From Mobula hypostoma (Eukaryota): 64,000 bases of DNA. Position 1 is the first letter of the stretch; each line of letters opens with the position of its first letter. This document shows positions 49,779-63,262 of the stretch, piece by piece. The position numbers and the translations under genes were made by a program. The notes under the pieces are model-generated. The model did not search any database. It worked only from the letters and a program-made list of their open reading frames with translations, and was not told the origin of the DNA. Location of the stretch: positions 83,268,001-83,332,000 of the forward strand of contig NC_086097.1 in NCBI RefSeq assembly GCF_963921235.1, in the 5' to 3' direction.

Positions 49779-51104
49779 TTTATTACAAAACATAATAAGG
49801 TGATTCTTTTGTAAATCACTTGACATTTCTGACTTCTTCTCAGTCTGTGTAAAGTAAAAACTGCTTAAGTTACTCAATACCACCCATGTAGTTCTTCCAC
49901 TAGAGTGTGTGCATTGCATTTATTCGAGTTGTTTTGTGCACTGCATAAAAGATCTTTGAAGTTGTATTTATAGACCATCAGTAGATAAGTGACAATGATG
50001 CATATTTTTGCTGTATGACGATGTGAATCGCTCTGCATAAACCATCTGCCTGAGAAAACTGCAGGAAAAGAAGCTGAAACAAACTTTGGGCAGTGAGCGA
50101 TATTATCTAACACCCGGTCATAATGAGTAAACATGTAGTGATTATGCAAGCTTCTGAATCCTAGATCAGCCACAGCAGATACTTCAAAGCACTGGCAAAA
50201 CCATCTAAGCTAGCTCTGAAAAATCCTCCAAATTCTCGAGCAAACCAACATTAGCATCTTCTCCCAAGTCAACATCTTGACCCTTTGGCCATCTTCAACT
50301 CCCCATGGTAGTGATTGTATAAAAGCAATACTAAACAAAGCATCCCAAAGTGAATCAAATAGCCACTCTCTCCCAACAAAAACTCAAGGCGTGTGCATTG
50401 TTCATCCAGCTAAGAAACTCGGACTTAACCATTGTCTTCCTAAAGCTAATAAATCTCCTGGACCTACTGCCCACATTATTAGGTTATAGAGAGTATAGTA
50501 GGTTCATAAATTGTGGAAGCATGATTTCAATCTTTAAAATTTCCCATAACTGTACAATGGTCCCTGTGGGTTGAAGAGTAGCAATTTTACTCCTGCTATT
50601 AAAGGAAAGAAGAATGAAACTGGAGACCTATTGTTTACTTAGTTTGGCAGGCATAGTAAAAAGAATACAAGAAACTGTTACTCTAGATATGTTAACGAAG
50701 AACATGGGAAAATCACAATAGGCTGAGCAGATCAATGAGGGCTATGGAAGGAAGGTCTTTTAGAGTTTCTTAAAAATTAGCTGATAAAACAGCTGTAGAG
50801 TTCAGCTCGGTGTAAGTTTTCTGTGTCATTGTAAAGTTTAATGACAGTTCAAAGCTAGGGAAGGTTGTCAGTAAAGAGGGATTCAAAAGGACTACAAAGG
50901 AACATGGAGTGGTTAACCAGAAGAAACGAAGTTGGCATCTAAAATTATTTATTTATTTATTGAGAGACAGTGCGAAGTAGCCCATATTAAATTGTACTTT
51001 TTATGAGCCTTTCTTATTTCCTGTCTGTAAGCCTTTTACACTGAATTTGGCTGAAGTTATACAGAGCTTTAATATGACCATAATTGTGTGTTATGTGCAG
51101 TACC

Positions 51105-51590
51105 AGATAGATAGACATTTTGTTGATCCCAAGGGAAATTACAGTGTCACAGTAGCATTACAAGTGCATGGACAGACAAATATACAAATATTAGAAGAGA
51201 AGTAAGAAAGAATTTAAAAAGTGACCTCAAATGAGTCAACTTATAGCCAGGAGGAGGTCATCACTTCCCTGGCTATAAGTTGACTCATTATAGAGCCTAC
51301 TGGCCAAGTGTAAGAATGTCCTCATATAGCACAATTGTCTTAGTCTATTATTGAAAGTGCTTCTCTGTTCAGCCAAGGTGGCATGCAGAGCATGAGAAAC
51401 ATTGTCCCTTGTTCTACCACAGCCTCCAGTGTATCCAGTTTGACTCCTATAACAGAGCCAGCCTTTCTAATCAGTTTATTGAGCCTGTTAGCATCACCCG
51501 TGTGGATGCCATTGCCCCAGCTCACAGGCCTGCATACTCGAAAGGACCTCAGTCTCCTCAGGAACTAGAGGCGACTCTAGCCATCTTGCC
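51105..51590 (-). mobile_element. Rex1-like LINE 3' fragment (different subfamily)
   Basis: WGNGIHTGDANRLNKLIRKAGSVIG; (gata)n tail at ~51105. Confidence 0.65.
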
Positions 51591-51954
51591 CATAAAATAA
51601 CATGCATAGCTGAGAGTTGGGTCAACAAAGGTTGAATAAATTGGTTCTTTTCAGAGTGTCTATGGAAATAGATTGAATCAATTTCACAACAATTGTAGAT
51701 AAAGTGGCAATTTCATTGAAAAATCGACATTTTCTTCAACACTGAGTGGTGCTTGTTTGGTGAACAGATTAAAACCAGGGCTATAGAACTGAGTAGGCAC
51801 CCCTTATACTGAAATATGAATTATGTGCAGGCAGAAGAGGTTTAGTTTAGTTTGGCAGCATATTCGGTATAGACATTATGGGTCAAAGGACCTGTTCATG
51901 TGCTGTACTGTTCTTCGTTCTATTAACATTCTTACCAAAGAATAACATACTGGA

Positions 51955-54470
51955 AGTTCAGTACCCAAACCAAAAACTGTGGATGAACCAGGAGATTAGT
52001 AGTCTGCTGAGGATTGGATCTATGGCATTCAAACCTCCTGATCCAGAACTATACAAGAAGTCCAGGTACAACCTACAGAAGGCAAAAAAAAATATTTCAA
52101 TTGAAGTTTGAGATGGAATCGGATGCACTTCAGGTCTGGCGGTGTTTGCGGGACATCACGAATTGAGCATCCCTTATTCAAAATGCTTGGGGCTGGAATA
52201 GTTTCAGATATCAGAATTTTTTGGATTTTGGAATATTTTCATCTATAGAATGAGATTCCTTGGGGATGGGACACAAGTTTAAACATGAAATTCATTTATA
52301 TTACATATACAGCTGGTGGGAAGCTCACAGAGTGAACAGTCCCCGGTTGGAGCACAGTCTGATGTGATGGAGCTAGGTTCTCCACAGACTGTCAGAGTTG
52401 AATGATCACCCCCAACTGCATCTGATACTGACTTCCAGTGCTGCGATTATCTTCATATCTGTCATCGATTTCAGAGAGCTACCCATTCCACAGCAACTAT
52501 GATGGGAGGGTATAGTTTTAAATAATATTTTTAATAATTTTGTGCATGAAATAATTAACTTTAATTTTCAGTTCAACGTGGTAAATCTTTGCTTGTTCCA
52601 TGATCAGCGCACTGTTAAGTGGCATATGTTCACTTTGATGCTGGCAAATCCACTCTTTCAATACACGATTGAGATCTTCATTTTTCACTTTATGTGGTGT
52701 TTTTCTATCTTTCATTAACTTCTGTTCATTACATCTGTGAGGGCACTCCTCAGAACTGTGTGGTGCGCAGAGACCTGTGCATCACCCGGGAACCTTTTCA
52801 GTGTCTTGTGGAATTTTCCATTTATGATACGTCATCCCTCAAAAAAAAATGTTGGATTTCAGAGGTTTTTGGATTTTGGAATTCTGTATAAGACATACTC
52901 AACCTATACCTCCTTACAAGGTGAAACCTACCATCATGAACAGCTATGATGTTTCACTCTCAGATGAGTTCAATGCCTTTTATGCATGCATTCAATGGGG
53001 GAGAAAAAAAAAACTACACTTGTGCGATTCCCTGCAGCATCTGTTGACCCTGTGTCCTGGAGGCCAACATCAACAGATGTTTCAAGAGAGCAAATCCTCG
53101 AAAAGCATCAGGCCCTGATGGTTTAACTGGTAGGGCACTACAAACCTGTGCCAACCAACTGGCAGGAGTGTTCAAGGACATCTTTGATGTTTCACTGCTG
53201 CAGTCAGCGGTTCCCTCCTGCTTCAAAAGAGCAAATACCAAGAAGAGCAGGGTGATCTACCTCAAATATTATCATCCAGTTGCACTTGCAGTGATGAAGT
53301 GCTTTGAGAGGTTGGTCACAGCCAGAATCAATTCCTGCTTCAGTAAGGACCTGGATCTGCTATAGATGTACTATAGATGCAATCTCGCAGGCTCTCCACT
53401 TGGCCCTGGATCACCTGGACAATAGCAATACCTATGTCAGGCTGCTGTTTATTGATTACAGCTCAGCATTCAACACAATCATTCCCTCAGTTCTAATAAA
53501 CATGCTCCAAAACCTGGGCCTCTGTACCTCCCTCTGCAACAGATTGGAAGTAAAATCTCTCTGACAATCAACGTTGCTGCACTTCAAGGATACGTGCCTA
53601 GGCCATTGCTTTATTCTCTCTATAGCCATGACTGTGTGGCTAGTCACAGCTCAAATGCCTTTATAAATTTGTCGATGACACAACTATTGTTGGTAGAATT
53701 TCAGATGGTGATGAGAAATCGTACACAGGAGCAAGATAGAGCAGCTGGTTGAGTGGTGTTGCAACAATAACCTTGCACTCAATGTCAGTAAGACCACGGA
53801 ATTGATTGTAGACTTCTGGGAAGGGTAGTTGGCACACTAGTCCTCATCGAGAGGTCAGCAGTGGAAAGGGTGAGCTGTTTCACGTTCCTGGGTGTCAACA
53901 GCTCTGAAGATCTATCCTGGGCCCAGCAGATCAATACAATTACAAAGAAGGCATGATAGCGGCTATATTCCATCATGTGTTTAAAGAGACTTGGTATGTC
54001 ACCAAAGACTCTCACAAATTTCAACAGATGTACCATGGAAAGCATTCTAACTGGTTGCATCGCCAGCTGATATGGAGGGACCCACTGCACATGATTGGAA
54101 AAAGCTGCGGAAAGTTATCAACTCTGCCAGTTCCATCATGGGTACTCGCTCCCCCCATCTCCCAGCATCAAGGATATCTTCAAAAGGCAATGCCTCAAAA
54201 AGGCAGCATGCACCATTACTGGCCCTGATCACCCAGGACGTGCCCCCTTCTCATTGCCACCATCTAGGAGATGGTACAGGAGCCCGAAGACAAGCACTCT
54301 GTTTCAGGAATAGCTTCTGCCCCTCCACATCAAATTTCTGAATGAGCAATGAAGCAAGTACACTACCTCACTATTTTTTTGCTCATCTTTTGCACTGCTT
54401 AGTTTAATTTTTTATATTTACATTTCTTATTATCATTTATAGATTTTATTATGTATTACAATGTATCGCG
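51955..54470 (+). mobile_element. Rex1/Babar-like LINE ORF2 remnant interrupted by a Tigger element
   Basis: [77 protein letters not shown]. Confidence 0.88.
52159..52906 (-). mobile_element. Tigger4/Zombi-like pogo element, internally deleted
   Basis: Ends cgaattgagcatccctta.. and ..catactcaaccta|TA; CENP-B-type HTH remnant KNEDLNRVLKEWICQHQSEHMPLNSALIMEQAK. Confidence 0.8.
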
Positions 54471-54756
54471 ATTATTACTGTTAAAATATGTCAAACAAGA
54501 TCACACCGAGACACCTCCAAGACATAGCAGATATTTCAGAGACTTCTACGGACTCATTATGTTCCACTGAAGTACTCCATTAGAGCAGAGGCCATTGAAT
54601 GAAATTCTACCAACTGGTGCATAGCAAACTGTCACAAACAACCGTGTACTAATGAGCAGTCAGTCTGTTTTAAGTGTTTTGGTTGAGTTAATAATAAATT
54701 CCTTACTTTTTGAAAGGGTATTGTCAAATCTTTTGTGTTCACCTTAATTAGAGGGC

Positions 54757-54986
54757 AAACACGAGAAAGTCTGCAGATGCTGGAAATCCGAGGAACACAC
54801 ACAAAATGCCGGAGGAACTCACCAGGCCAGACAACATTTATCAAAAAGAGTAAACAGTTAATGTTTCAGGCCAAGACCCTTCATCAGGACCTGAAGAAGG
54901 GTCTGGGCCCAAAAAGGTGACTGTTTACTCTTTTCCAGAGATACTGGCTGGCCTGCTGAGTTCCTCTAGCATTTTGTGTGTGTTGT
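54757..54986. mobile_element. Fold-back PLE terminus (centre ~54889)
   Basis: aacacacacaaaatgc..cttcatcagg-a-cctgaagaaggg..gcattttgtgtgtgtt. Confidence 0.87.
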
Positions 54987-55174
54987 TTAATTAGAAGGCC
55001 AACTGAATCTTGCTTAATACATCATAATCACTTCTGATAGTGCAGCATCCCGAGTGCCAAGCTGGGACCTTCACTCCAGGTATTGTGCTTGCATGTTTTA
55101 AGTGAACCTTGAGCCAATGGCCTCCTGACTCAGATTTTTTTTTTAAAAAGGCTTTACTACTGAGCCATGGCTCA

Positions 55175-55463
55175 CTAACAATAGCGTAGAGTTAACACAA
55201 CGCTTTACAGTACTGTACCAGTGACCTGGGTTCAAATCCCACCACTGTTTGTAAAGAGTTTGTATGTTCTCCACATGACACAAGTGTGTTTCTTCCAAGT
55301 GCTCTGGTTTCCTCCCAGTCCAAAGACATACTGGTTCATAGATTAATTGGTCATTATAAAATTGTCCTGTGATTAGGCTAGGATTAAATCAGGGGTTGCT
55401 GAGTGGTATGGCTCTAGGGGTCAGAAGGGCCTATTCTGCACTGTACCTCAATAAATAAATAAA
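55175..55463 (+). mobile_element. V-SINE (HE1-like)
   Basis: B-box GGTTCAAATCC, gagtttgtatgttctcc, ttaattggtcatt, tail (aata)n. Confidence 0.8.
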
Positions 55464-56724
55464 TATTTTTTGGAGACTCATTCTTGATGCACTGCTATTG
55501 CATAGATTGCCTCAAAAAAGGTGACTTTCCACTGGGACTGCAAACAGTGGTTTGCATAGGTGATTTTTTTAAATAATAAACTGAAAAAATGAATTATGAT
55601 TATTGCTGATGTGTTTTACAGTTTCATGCTTGAAATTAGTAATTTGGTTGAGAAAAGTGATTCCAGATGTTCAAAATATAGCCCCAGGTCAGTTTCCAGT
55701 CCCAATGCTGCTAGCCAAAAATTAGATTGTAAAGTTTAAAAGGTCAGTTGTATGTTGCCAGCAGATAAAGTTGCTGTTTCACTGCAAAGGTGATATCACT
55801 AGATTTAGTGCAGCATACCTGAAATGTACTGTAAGACTCTTGAATATTTCAGATAAATAGAGCAATGCAAAATTTCAGGACAAGTTAGACCAGTTGATTG
55901 TTGCCATTTTATGGAATTACTGTTAATGTTGGACATTTCTATCTTCAAGTAAAATCCCTTGTAGCATAGACTGCTGTAGAGTCTCAGAATGTTAACCATT
56001 GTTTTACTCAATCTATTTAATATAAATACAACAAAACTAACAACATTAGCCTGGTTCTTTCTATGACCAGCAAGTTACCCAAGCTTGGTGGTTGCCTATT
56101 CAATGCCTTCTGTTTCCTGGAACAATCTTCTGCAAGGAAGGCATTTTCCAGATGTCTGTGAAGCCTTGCAACATAGAGATGTACTAATTTTAAAATAACT
56201 GGGAAATTTTGAGCACAGAATTTGGAGCCATTCTCCTTGGTTTATTGGTCATCAAAGTGATGAATGATTTGTGAATATCCCTGACCACAACATTCTAAAG
56301 TGATCAAACTATTTAATATAAAAAAAGTTTTTAATTATATTTTTTAGTAAAAATACTTAAGATCTCAAGGAAACATTCAAAAGCAATTAAATACATTTAA
56401 ATCAACTCATTAACTCAAACAAAAAAAAAAGAAATTAGGCTGCACTTGCCCTTTTGCCTCCCGCCAATTTTCTCCATTAAAATCAATGGACCCTCTGGAC
56501 TTCTGCCAGACTTAGTGGGCAGATTTCCCAGCCTAACTGTTAGGAACGGTGCAGGTTTACACTCCCTCAATGGCTGAATACAGTTGTCCAGGCAGCAACA
56601 AGCAGCTGAGGAGATGTTTGGGGCTTCTACCTTCACCCAGGTATCCCAAATATCCACACAGTTATGCAAGCAAAAAGCTGCAGCATTTCGTAGCAAAATC
56701 ACTGGTGTTCATTTCATTTTATTC

Positions 56725-56986
56725 TTTATTTATTTTGTTTAGAGATACAGCATGATATCAGGCCTCTCCAGGCTAACGAGCCCATGCTGCCCAGTTACAT
56801 CTATGTGACCAAGTCACCGACTAACCTGTACATCTTTGGACTGTGGGAGGAAACTGAAGCACCCTGAGGAAACCCATGCGGTTACAGGGAGAACGTGCAA
56901 ACTCCTTACAGACAGTTGCAGGAATTGACCCCACATTGCTGGTGCTGTAAAAGCATCATGCTAACCGCTATGCCACTGTGCTGCCC
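56725..56986 (-). mobile_element. V-SINE (HE1-like)
   Basis: Reverse complement contains ggagtttgcacgttctccc..tttcctcccacagtccaaagatg. Confidence 0.8.
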
Positions 56987-57579
56987 CCTTTTTATTTAAT
57001 AGATTCCAGCAATTTGGTTTGCAATGTCAGAATTGGGTTTGAGACAGGCAGAACACTTCCAGTTTCATAAAGATCCTTTGAATGTTAAACACTAGCTTTG
57101 AGTAAGGTTTTACTTGTGTAAGATGTATTTTGTATTTTCATGTTAAATGGTACTGACACAAATCATTCCTGCATTGCAGACCAAGTACAATGATTAGTAG
57201 TTTCGATGCAGGTTATGTGGCACCTGGAGTAGTAATCTTTGCATAAACCATCCATGCACTTCAATGCAGATTGCATAACCTTTGTGCGTTCATGGCTTAG
57301 AGAAATCTCCTATATGATTCTCGAAAAATATTTTAAAACATTCAATTCTTGAAATACTCTATGTTCCTTGCAGCTGTCAGAGTATTGTGCTGATATTTCC
57401 ATGAATCTTTTCAAATAAATTCATTTGTAAATGTATCCTAATTAATACTGCCAAGCAAATTTGAGAAGCATTATAATATTGCCTATGGTTAACATTGTTT
57501 TTACAACATGAATTTCGAAGCAACTTTGCACCAACATTTAAAAAGAAGAAGAAAAAATGTCACTACCAAAAAGAAACCT

Positions 57580-57885
57580 GCCAAGCTGGGTGAGACTAAA
57601 ACTACAGGTCAAAGATTAAGGGTGAGAGGTGAAATATTTAAGGAGAATCTGAGTGGGAACTACTTTCACTCAGAAGGTGGTGCAAGTGTAGAATTCGCAG
57701 TGAAAGTGGTAGATGCGGGTTCAGTTGTAACATGTTAAGAGAAGTTTGGATAGTTGCATATATGAGACATGTATGGAGGGCTGTGGTCCAGGTGCTGGTA
57801 CTTTGGACAAAGCAGAAAACCAGGCCAACACATACTGGATAAGCTGAAGAATCTGTTTCTGTGCTATGGAACGCTATGACTCTAT
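57580..57885 (+). mobile_element. CR1 3' end fragment
   Basis: TKTTGQRLRVRGEIFKENLSGNYF; tail ctatgactctat. Confidence 0.75.
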
Positions 57886-58154
57886 ACTGGAGATTGTTGA
57901 TGTGCTTAAATATTTAAAGGCCAAGAGATTACATTGATGAATTTGTAATGGTTATTTATTTTCAGGACATTTCCTTCATTCCCCTAAACTCTTCCCTAAC
58001 ACAGAAAACATGGATATGCGCCAAGCAGGAACAATCTGAAAATTATATTCATAAACTAATTGTTTTAAGGTATTTATAATGGAAAAAATGCATAATTCTG
58101 AAAATATACATACAGTACATCTGTACACAGAGATTGCACATCATATGCTGTGAA

Positions 58155-58513
58155 ATGGGGATACCTCTCTTTCCCTTATTAGGGAGAGAGAGAGGCTGTG
58201 GTATGTCGAATATCGGGTGAACGAGTCATCCTTGGGGTACTGCAAGCTTGCGTCTTTATTGATGCTTCGCTGCACGCTTGAGTGCTCGGTGGGGGCGCTG
58301 ATGCTTTTTTTGGTGGGGGAGGGGGGATTGTTGCTGCTGCTTAAACGTGGGTGGGGGAGCTGGAGGGGGGGCTTTGGGGTTCTAACATTTAACTGTCATT
58401 CCTTCTTTGGGGCACTCCTCTGTTTTTGTGGATGTTTGCGAAGAAAAAGAATATCAGGATATATATTGTGTATATATATCTCTGACATTAAATGTACCTA
58501 TTGAACTATTGAA
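58155..58513 (+). mobile_element. Non-coding retroposon fragment with LINE-like tail
   Basis: GC/CpG-rich body ending ctgacattaaatgtacctattgaactattgaa. Confidence 0.45.
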
Positions 58514-58772
58514 ATGAAGAGCTACCTTAGATAATTGTCACTGAGAAAATCATTTTCATCAAACTCAATGCTCACATCCAAGCAAGGCTAAGGACTGAGA
58601 ATTTCCAAGTAACTACTAAGTTACTGCTTTTGCTGAAATTAAACTTGCTACAGAGGAAACCTCAATAGGTTTCCTACTCTCCCACACAGAGTAGTGCCGT
58701 CTCAATCAGAAGTGACAGTACAGTAGCAAGAAATATAAAACAGTCAGTGAAAGTAGTGGATATTTCTGCTGT

Positions 58773-59816
58773 CATCAATGATGCCCTCACCCACATCTCC
58801 TCCATTTCCCGCACTTCGGCTCTCACCCCATCCTCCCGCCACCACAACAGGGACAGAGTTTCCCTTGTCCTCACCCACCAGCCCACCAGTCTCCGGATCC
58901 AGCACATTATCCTCTGCAACTTCCGCCACCTTCAACAGGACCCCACCACAAAGCACATCTTTCCCTCTCCACCCCTCTCCACCTTCTGCAGGGATCGGTC
59001 CCTCCACTACTCCCTGGTCCACACGTCCCTCCCCACGGATCTCCCAGCTGGCACTTATCCCTGTAAGCGCAAGTGCTACACCTGTCCCTACACCTCCTCT
59101 CTTGCCACCATTCAGGGCCCCAAATAGTCCTTCCAAGTGAGGTAACACTTCACTTGTGAGTCTGTTGGGGTCATCTATTGCATCCAGTGCTCCCGGTGCG
59201 GCCTCCTGTACATCGGTGAAACCCGACGCAGATTGGGGGACCGCTTCGTCGAGCACCTCCGCTCCATCCGCCAAAACAGACAGGATCTCCCAGTAGCCAC
59301 CCACTTCAACTCTGCTTCCCATTCCCATTCAGATATGTCCATACATCGCCTCCTCTACTGCCATGATGAGGCTAAACTCAGGTTGGAGGAGCAACACCTC
59401 ATATACCATCTAGGTAGTCTCCAACTCCTTGGTATGAACATATAATTCTCCAACTTCCGGTAATTCCCTCCCCCTCCCTTCCCCTATCTGTATGTCTCTC
59501 TAACCCCTCCCCCAGCTGCCTACCTCCTCCCTCTTGGTTCCGCCTCCTTCTACTACCCATTGTGTTTTGCCCTATTCTTTCTTCACCTTTCCTGCCTATC
59601 ACCTCCCTGCCTCCCTTCCCCCACCCCTTAATCTTTCCCCTTACTGGTTTTTCACCTGGAACCTACCAGCCTTCTCCTACCCACCCTCCCCCCACCTTCT
59701 TTATAGGGCCTCTGCCCCTTCCCTCTTCAGTCCTGACGAAGGGTTCCGGCCCGAAACGTCGACCAATCTTTTCCACGGATGCTGCCCAACCTGCTGAGTT
59801 CCTCCAGCGTGTTGTG
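58773..59816 (+). mobile_element. Penelope-like element (Neptune-type) 3' part with 18-bp TSD
   Basis: RDRVSLVLTHQP..GTYPCKRKCYTCP..VIYCIQCSRCGLLYIGETRRRLGDRFVEHLRS; AGTGGATATTTCTG(C/T)TGT at 58755-58772 and 59817-59834. Confidence 0.93.
59728..59764 (+). ncRNA. Putative minimal hammerhead ribozyme in PLE terminus (best-preserved copy)
   Basis: cagtc-CTGACGA-A-GGGT-TCCG-GCCC-GAAA-CG-TC-gac: GUC cleavage triplet and palindromic ACGT helix III. Confidence 0.75.
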
Positions 59817-60238
59817 AGTGGATATTTCTGTTGTATGTGGGTAAGAGCACTGGGTAGTAGAGCTTAAGTCAAGATCAGTCCAGTCACAATCATATTGAAA
59901 GGTGGAACCTGCTCAGCAACACTATAATCTATTCAACTCCAATTTTTGAGTTCTGAGAACACTGAGTATGCTGGGTGCGTGTATAAGTGACGTGTAATCT
60001 TCAGTAAACCAACTTCACAAAATGCAGCACCATTAGTGGGATGGATTGATCTTATCAGTTCAACCTTAGACTCTGTTTCCAAGGAACATCTCACTCATTC
60101 TTTAATGGCAATGATGAGAAGAATCATTATATTGTCAAAGAGAATAAGTCTTGAAGACTTAGATCAGAGAACATAGAACAGTACAGCCCTGGAAAAGGCC
60201 CACCAACTTACAATGTTGTGCAACATTTTAAATTAGTA

Positions 60239-62132
60239 CACCTATCCTCGTTATATGCGGGGGATACGTTCCTCACAGTCGACGCATAGTATGGAAAACG
60301 CATAATGTGAATAATTATTTAAATTGAGAAAATAGCGATGCGTTCTGAAGGGCTTTCTAAATATGTTTTATCTGTAATTTATTCACATTTTCATACCAAT
60401 ACGACATAAAAGGAGTACCACAAGGCAACATTTGTGTTATATTTTGTCAACTTAAGGTAATGTTTAATGTAATAAATCATAGAAAGTGAACATACTAGGG
60501 TGTACAGTGCTCACCAACAGTGGCAGGTACGTTGGCTCCGGGAGATGAGCGGTTGTGCAGTGGTGTCGGGTAGCTTTACACGGATGAGGTGGATGGTTGT
60601 GTGTCGCAGGATCATCAAGGACAGCAAAGGGTGAAGGAAGACTCACAGAACTCTCAGAACTGCTGGCAGCAGGAGATGACACCGGTTTGAAGAAAGTGGT
60701 GAGGGTTGTTTGCTTTGCAGCATTTTGTTTTTCAGCATAAATTTGCTTGTGGGGAAGAAGGATTGACTGCAGGGAATGACTGAAGTGCTGACTCCGTTCT
60801 AAACTTGGGTCCGTGTCCATCGCCATTTGTGCCAAGTGTTCCACAGTCTTAAAAAATTCTGCTAGTTGCTTCACAGTAAAATCCTTCACCTGCAACTCGA
60901 CACTTTCTTCTTCATCGTTGTTATCACCTTCAGTTTGAGTTAAACACAGAAGGTCATCCACACTTACTTCTTCATCATGAGAATCCAGGAGTTCTACCAC
61001 GTCAGCAGTCTCAAGATCTGAGAATCCTTCCCCACCAATTTTATGGCCCGGGGCCATATTCTTACTCAAACCCTTAGGAGCACGGGGGTTTCGTGAATGT
61101 TAAACTAAGAGAGGCTTCATCTTACAGTCTCCTTCGGCATTGGAACACATAAGCAGAGTCAACCTATCCTTTGCTGCCTTGAAACCTGACGCAGTCTTTT
61201 CATCCTTACTTATGTAAGTGCGTTTTGGCATACCTTCTCAAAAAAGCCCGGTCTCGTCTGCATTAAACACCCGCTTTGGTGTGATGCCTAACTCCTCTAT
61301 CATATCCTGCAACTGCACAGGGAAGCGTTCAGCAGCTTCGTGGTCAGCACTAGCTCGCTCACCACGCACAGCTAAGTTGTGAAGCCTGTGACAATTAACC
61401 AACTTAGAAAACCATCCCCTACTTGCACTAAAGCTAACTATATCACTTGACACTTCCTCACTAGCCTCTGAACAAAGGTGACCATAAATTTCCAAAGCTT
61501 TCACACGAAGATGATTGGAACTAAGTGTTGTTTTTTTCTTTGTTTCATTCTCAATGTACAAACTCAACATTTTCTCCATTTTTGTCATAATCCAGTTACG
61601 CACTTTGGTAACAATCTTTGAAGACACTTGTGATGAATCAATCACTGCACTTTTTATTTTCTCAGCATTTTTCTTTATGTTTCTGATCATGGACTCATCC
61701 AGGCCGAAGTAGCGTCCCAGGCTGTGTTACCTTCACCTGACGCGGCCCTGTTTATAATTTCCAACTTTTTTTCAAGTGTTAAAGCGATTCTCTGCCGCTT
61801 GGCTGACGGCCCAGGACTTGACATAGGACGCTTAGGAGGCATAGTTAAATATTTCAAGCACAAAATCAGTGCACTGTAAGTGATGACAATGGAAGTTTTA
61901 AGACCGCAAGATTGCACGTCCACACGCTGCCAAAACCAATGCAAGACTGGCGGGAGTGAGACTGTGAGGCGTGCGCCTTGACTTGTATTGGCGGGAAAGC
62001 GGTGCTTCTCGTCTCAACAGCCTCGCATAACTATGAGTTTTGGACGCACATAAGGAGAAGTTGGTAGAAATAGGTTTGACGCATAACTGTGAGTCCGCAT
62101 TGTCTGAAGACGCATATAACGAGGATAGGGTG
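60239..62132 (-). mobile_element. Tigger/pogo DNA transposon, internally deleted, with TIRs and TA TSD
   Basis: TA|CACCTATCCTCGTTATATGCG..CGCATATAACGAGGATAGGGTG|TA. Confidence 0.93.
60464..61842 (-). pseudogene. Tigger1/TIGD1-like transposase remnant
   Basis: RQRIALTLEKKLEII (HTH), FSASRGWF, VRGERASADHEAA, VFNADETGLF, GFKAAKDRLTLL, GGEGF, KQTTLTTFFKP; frameshift and stops. Confidence 0.88.
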
Positions 62133-62744
62133 TAATTATTGATTTCTTCATGCGCAAGAACAAACAACTTAGCTAATTTGTTAGATGTGATTCCATTCAC
62201 CTTAATTTTCTCACATTCAAGACATAGTTTAAAAAAATGCACCATTAAATGAAACAACTACTTTTCAATTTGGATAGCAATGGTTTCTGCTTATGTGGTG
62301 ACTTCCATGCATAAAAGTATCCCGAGATGGTCCAGTGGTTCAGGAAAAAAATGAATGCCTGGCCCAAGGGTGGTTGGGGCTTTTTTTTAAGAGAAGTAAC
62401 TAAAAAGCTTGGAAAAACAGTGGTGCGGGGGGTGTGGGGAGGTGTTGATGTGTAGACTGGGATTGAGTGAAGAGACTTCACAAGTTACTTGTAGTGAAAA
62501 GAAGGGAAAGGACCAAGATAATAGAGTTGTGAAATTGGGGGTAGAATTGGGCAGATGGTGGAGCTTATGGTAATGGGAGAGGTTATATGTAGACAGTTAC
62601 AATTTTAAGAGGCTTTTAAAAATGAAGAAAAGATAATAGGCTTCAGCTACCGTTCTAGGAGCTGATGTAGATCTGGGTGGTGCGGAAGTGTGGCATAGTT
62701 TGGAAAATCTGTGGTTATCAGAACTTTAAGAGGGCTACAGATTT

Positions 62745-63262
62745 AGAATTGGTTTTAATTTATTATTGTCACATACACTGAGCTACAGTGAAAAGCTTGT
62801 CTTGCATACTGTTCAGACAGATGAAATCATAGCAAAATGCATTAAAGTGAAAAAGAATGCAGAATAACGTGTAATAGCTACAAAGAAAGTGCAGTGCATG
62901 TAAACAATAAGGTGCAAGAGCATAGTGAGGTAGGCTGTGAATTCAGTGGTCATCATACCATACTAGGGAGCTACTTAATAATCTTATAACTGTGGGCTAG
63001 AATCTGTCCTTGAGCCTCAGGGTAGGTTCTGCCCAGTGGAAGAGGGGAGAGGAGAGAATGTCCAGGCTGGGTGATGTCTTTGATTATGCCGACTGCTTAA
63101 CTGAGGTAGCGAAAAATGCAGGCAGAGTCCACGGAGTGGAGCTGGTTTCTGTGATGTACAGAATTGAGACCACAACTCTCTGCACTTTCTTATGGTCTCC
63201 AGAACAGCAGTTGCTATACCAACCTATTAGACATTCAGATAGGGTGCTTTCAATAGTCATTC
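62745..63262 (-). mobile_element. Rex1/Babar-like LINE 3' end fragment
   Basis: Similar to 38995-39750 (tttattattgtcacat..aaaagcttgtcttgcatac..). Confidence 0.7.
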
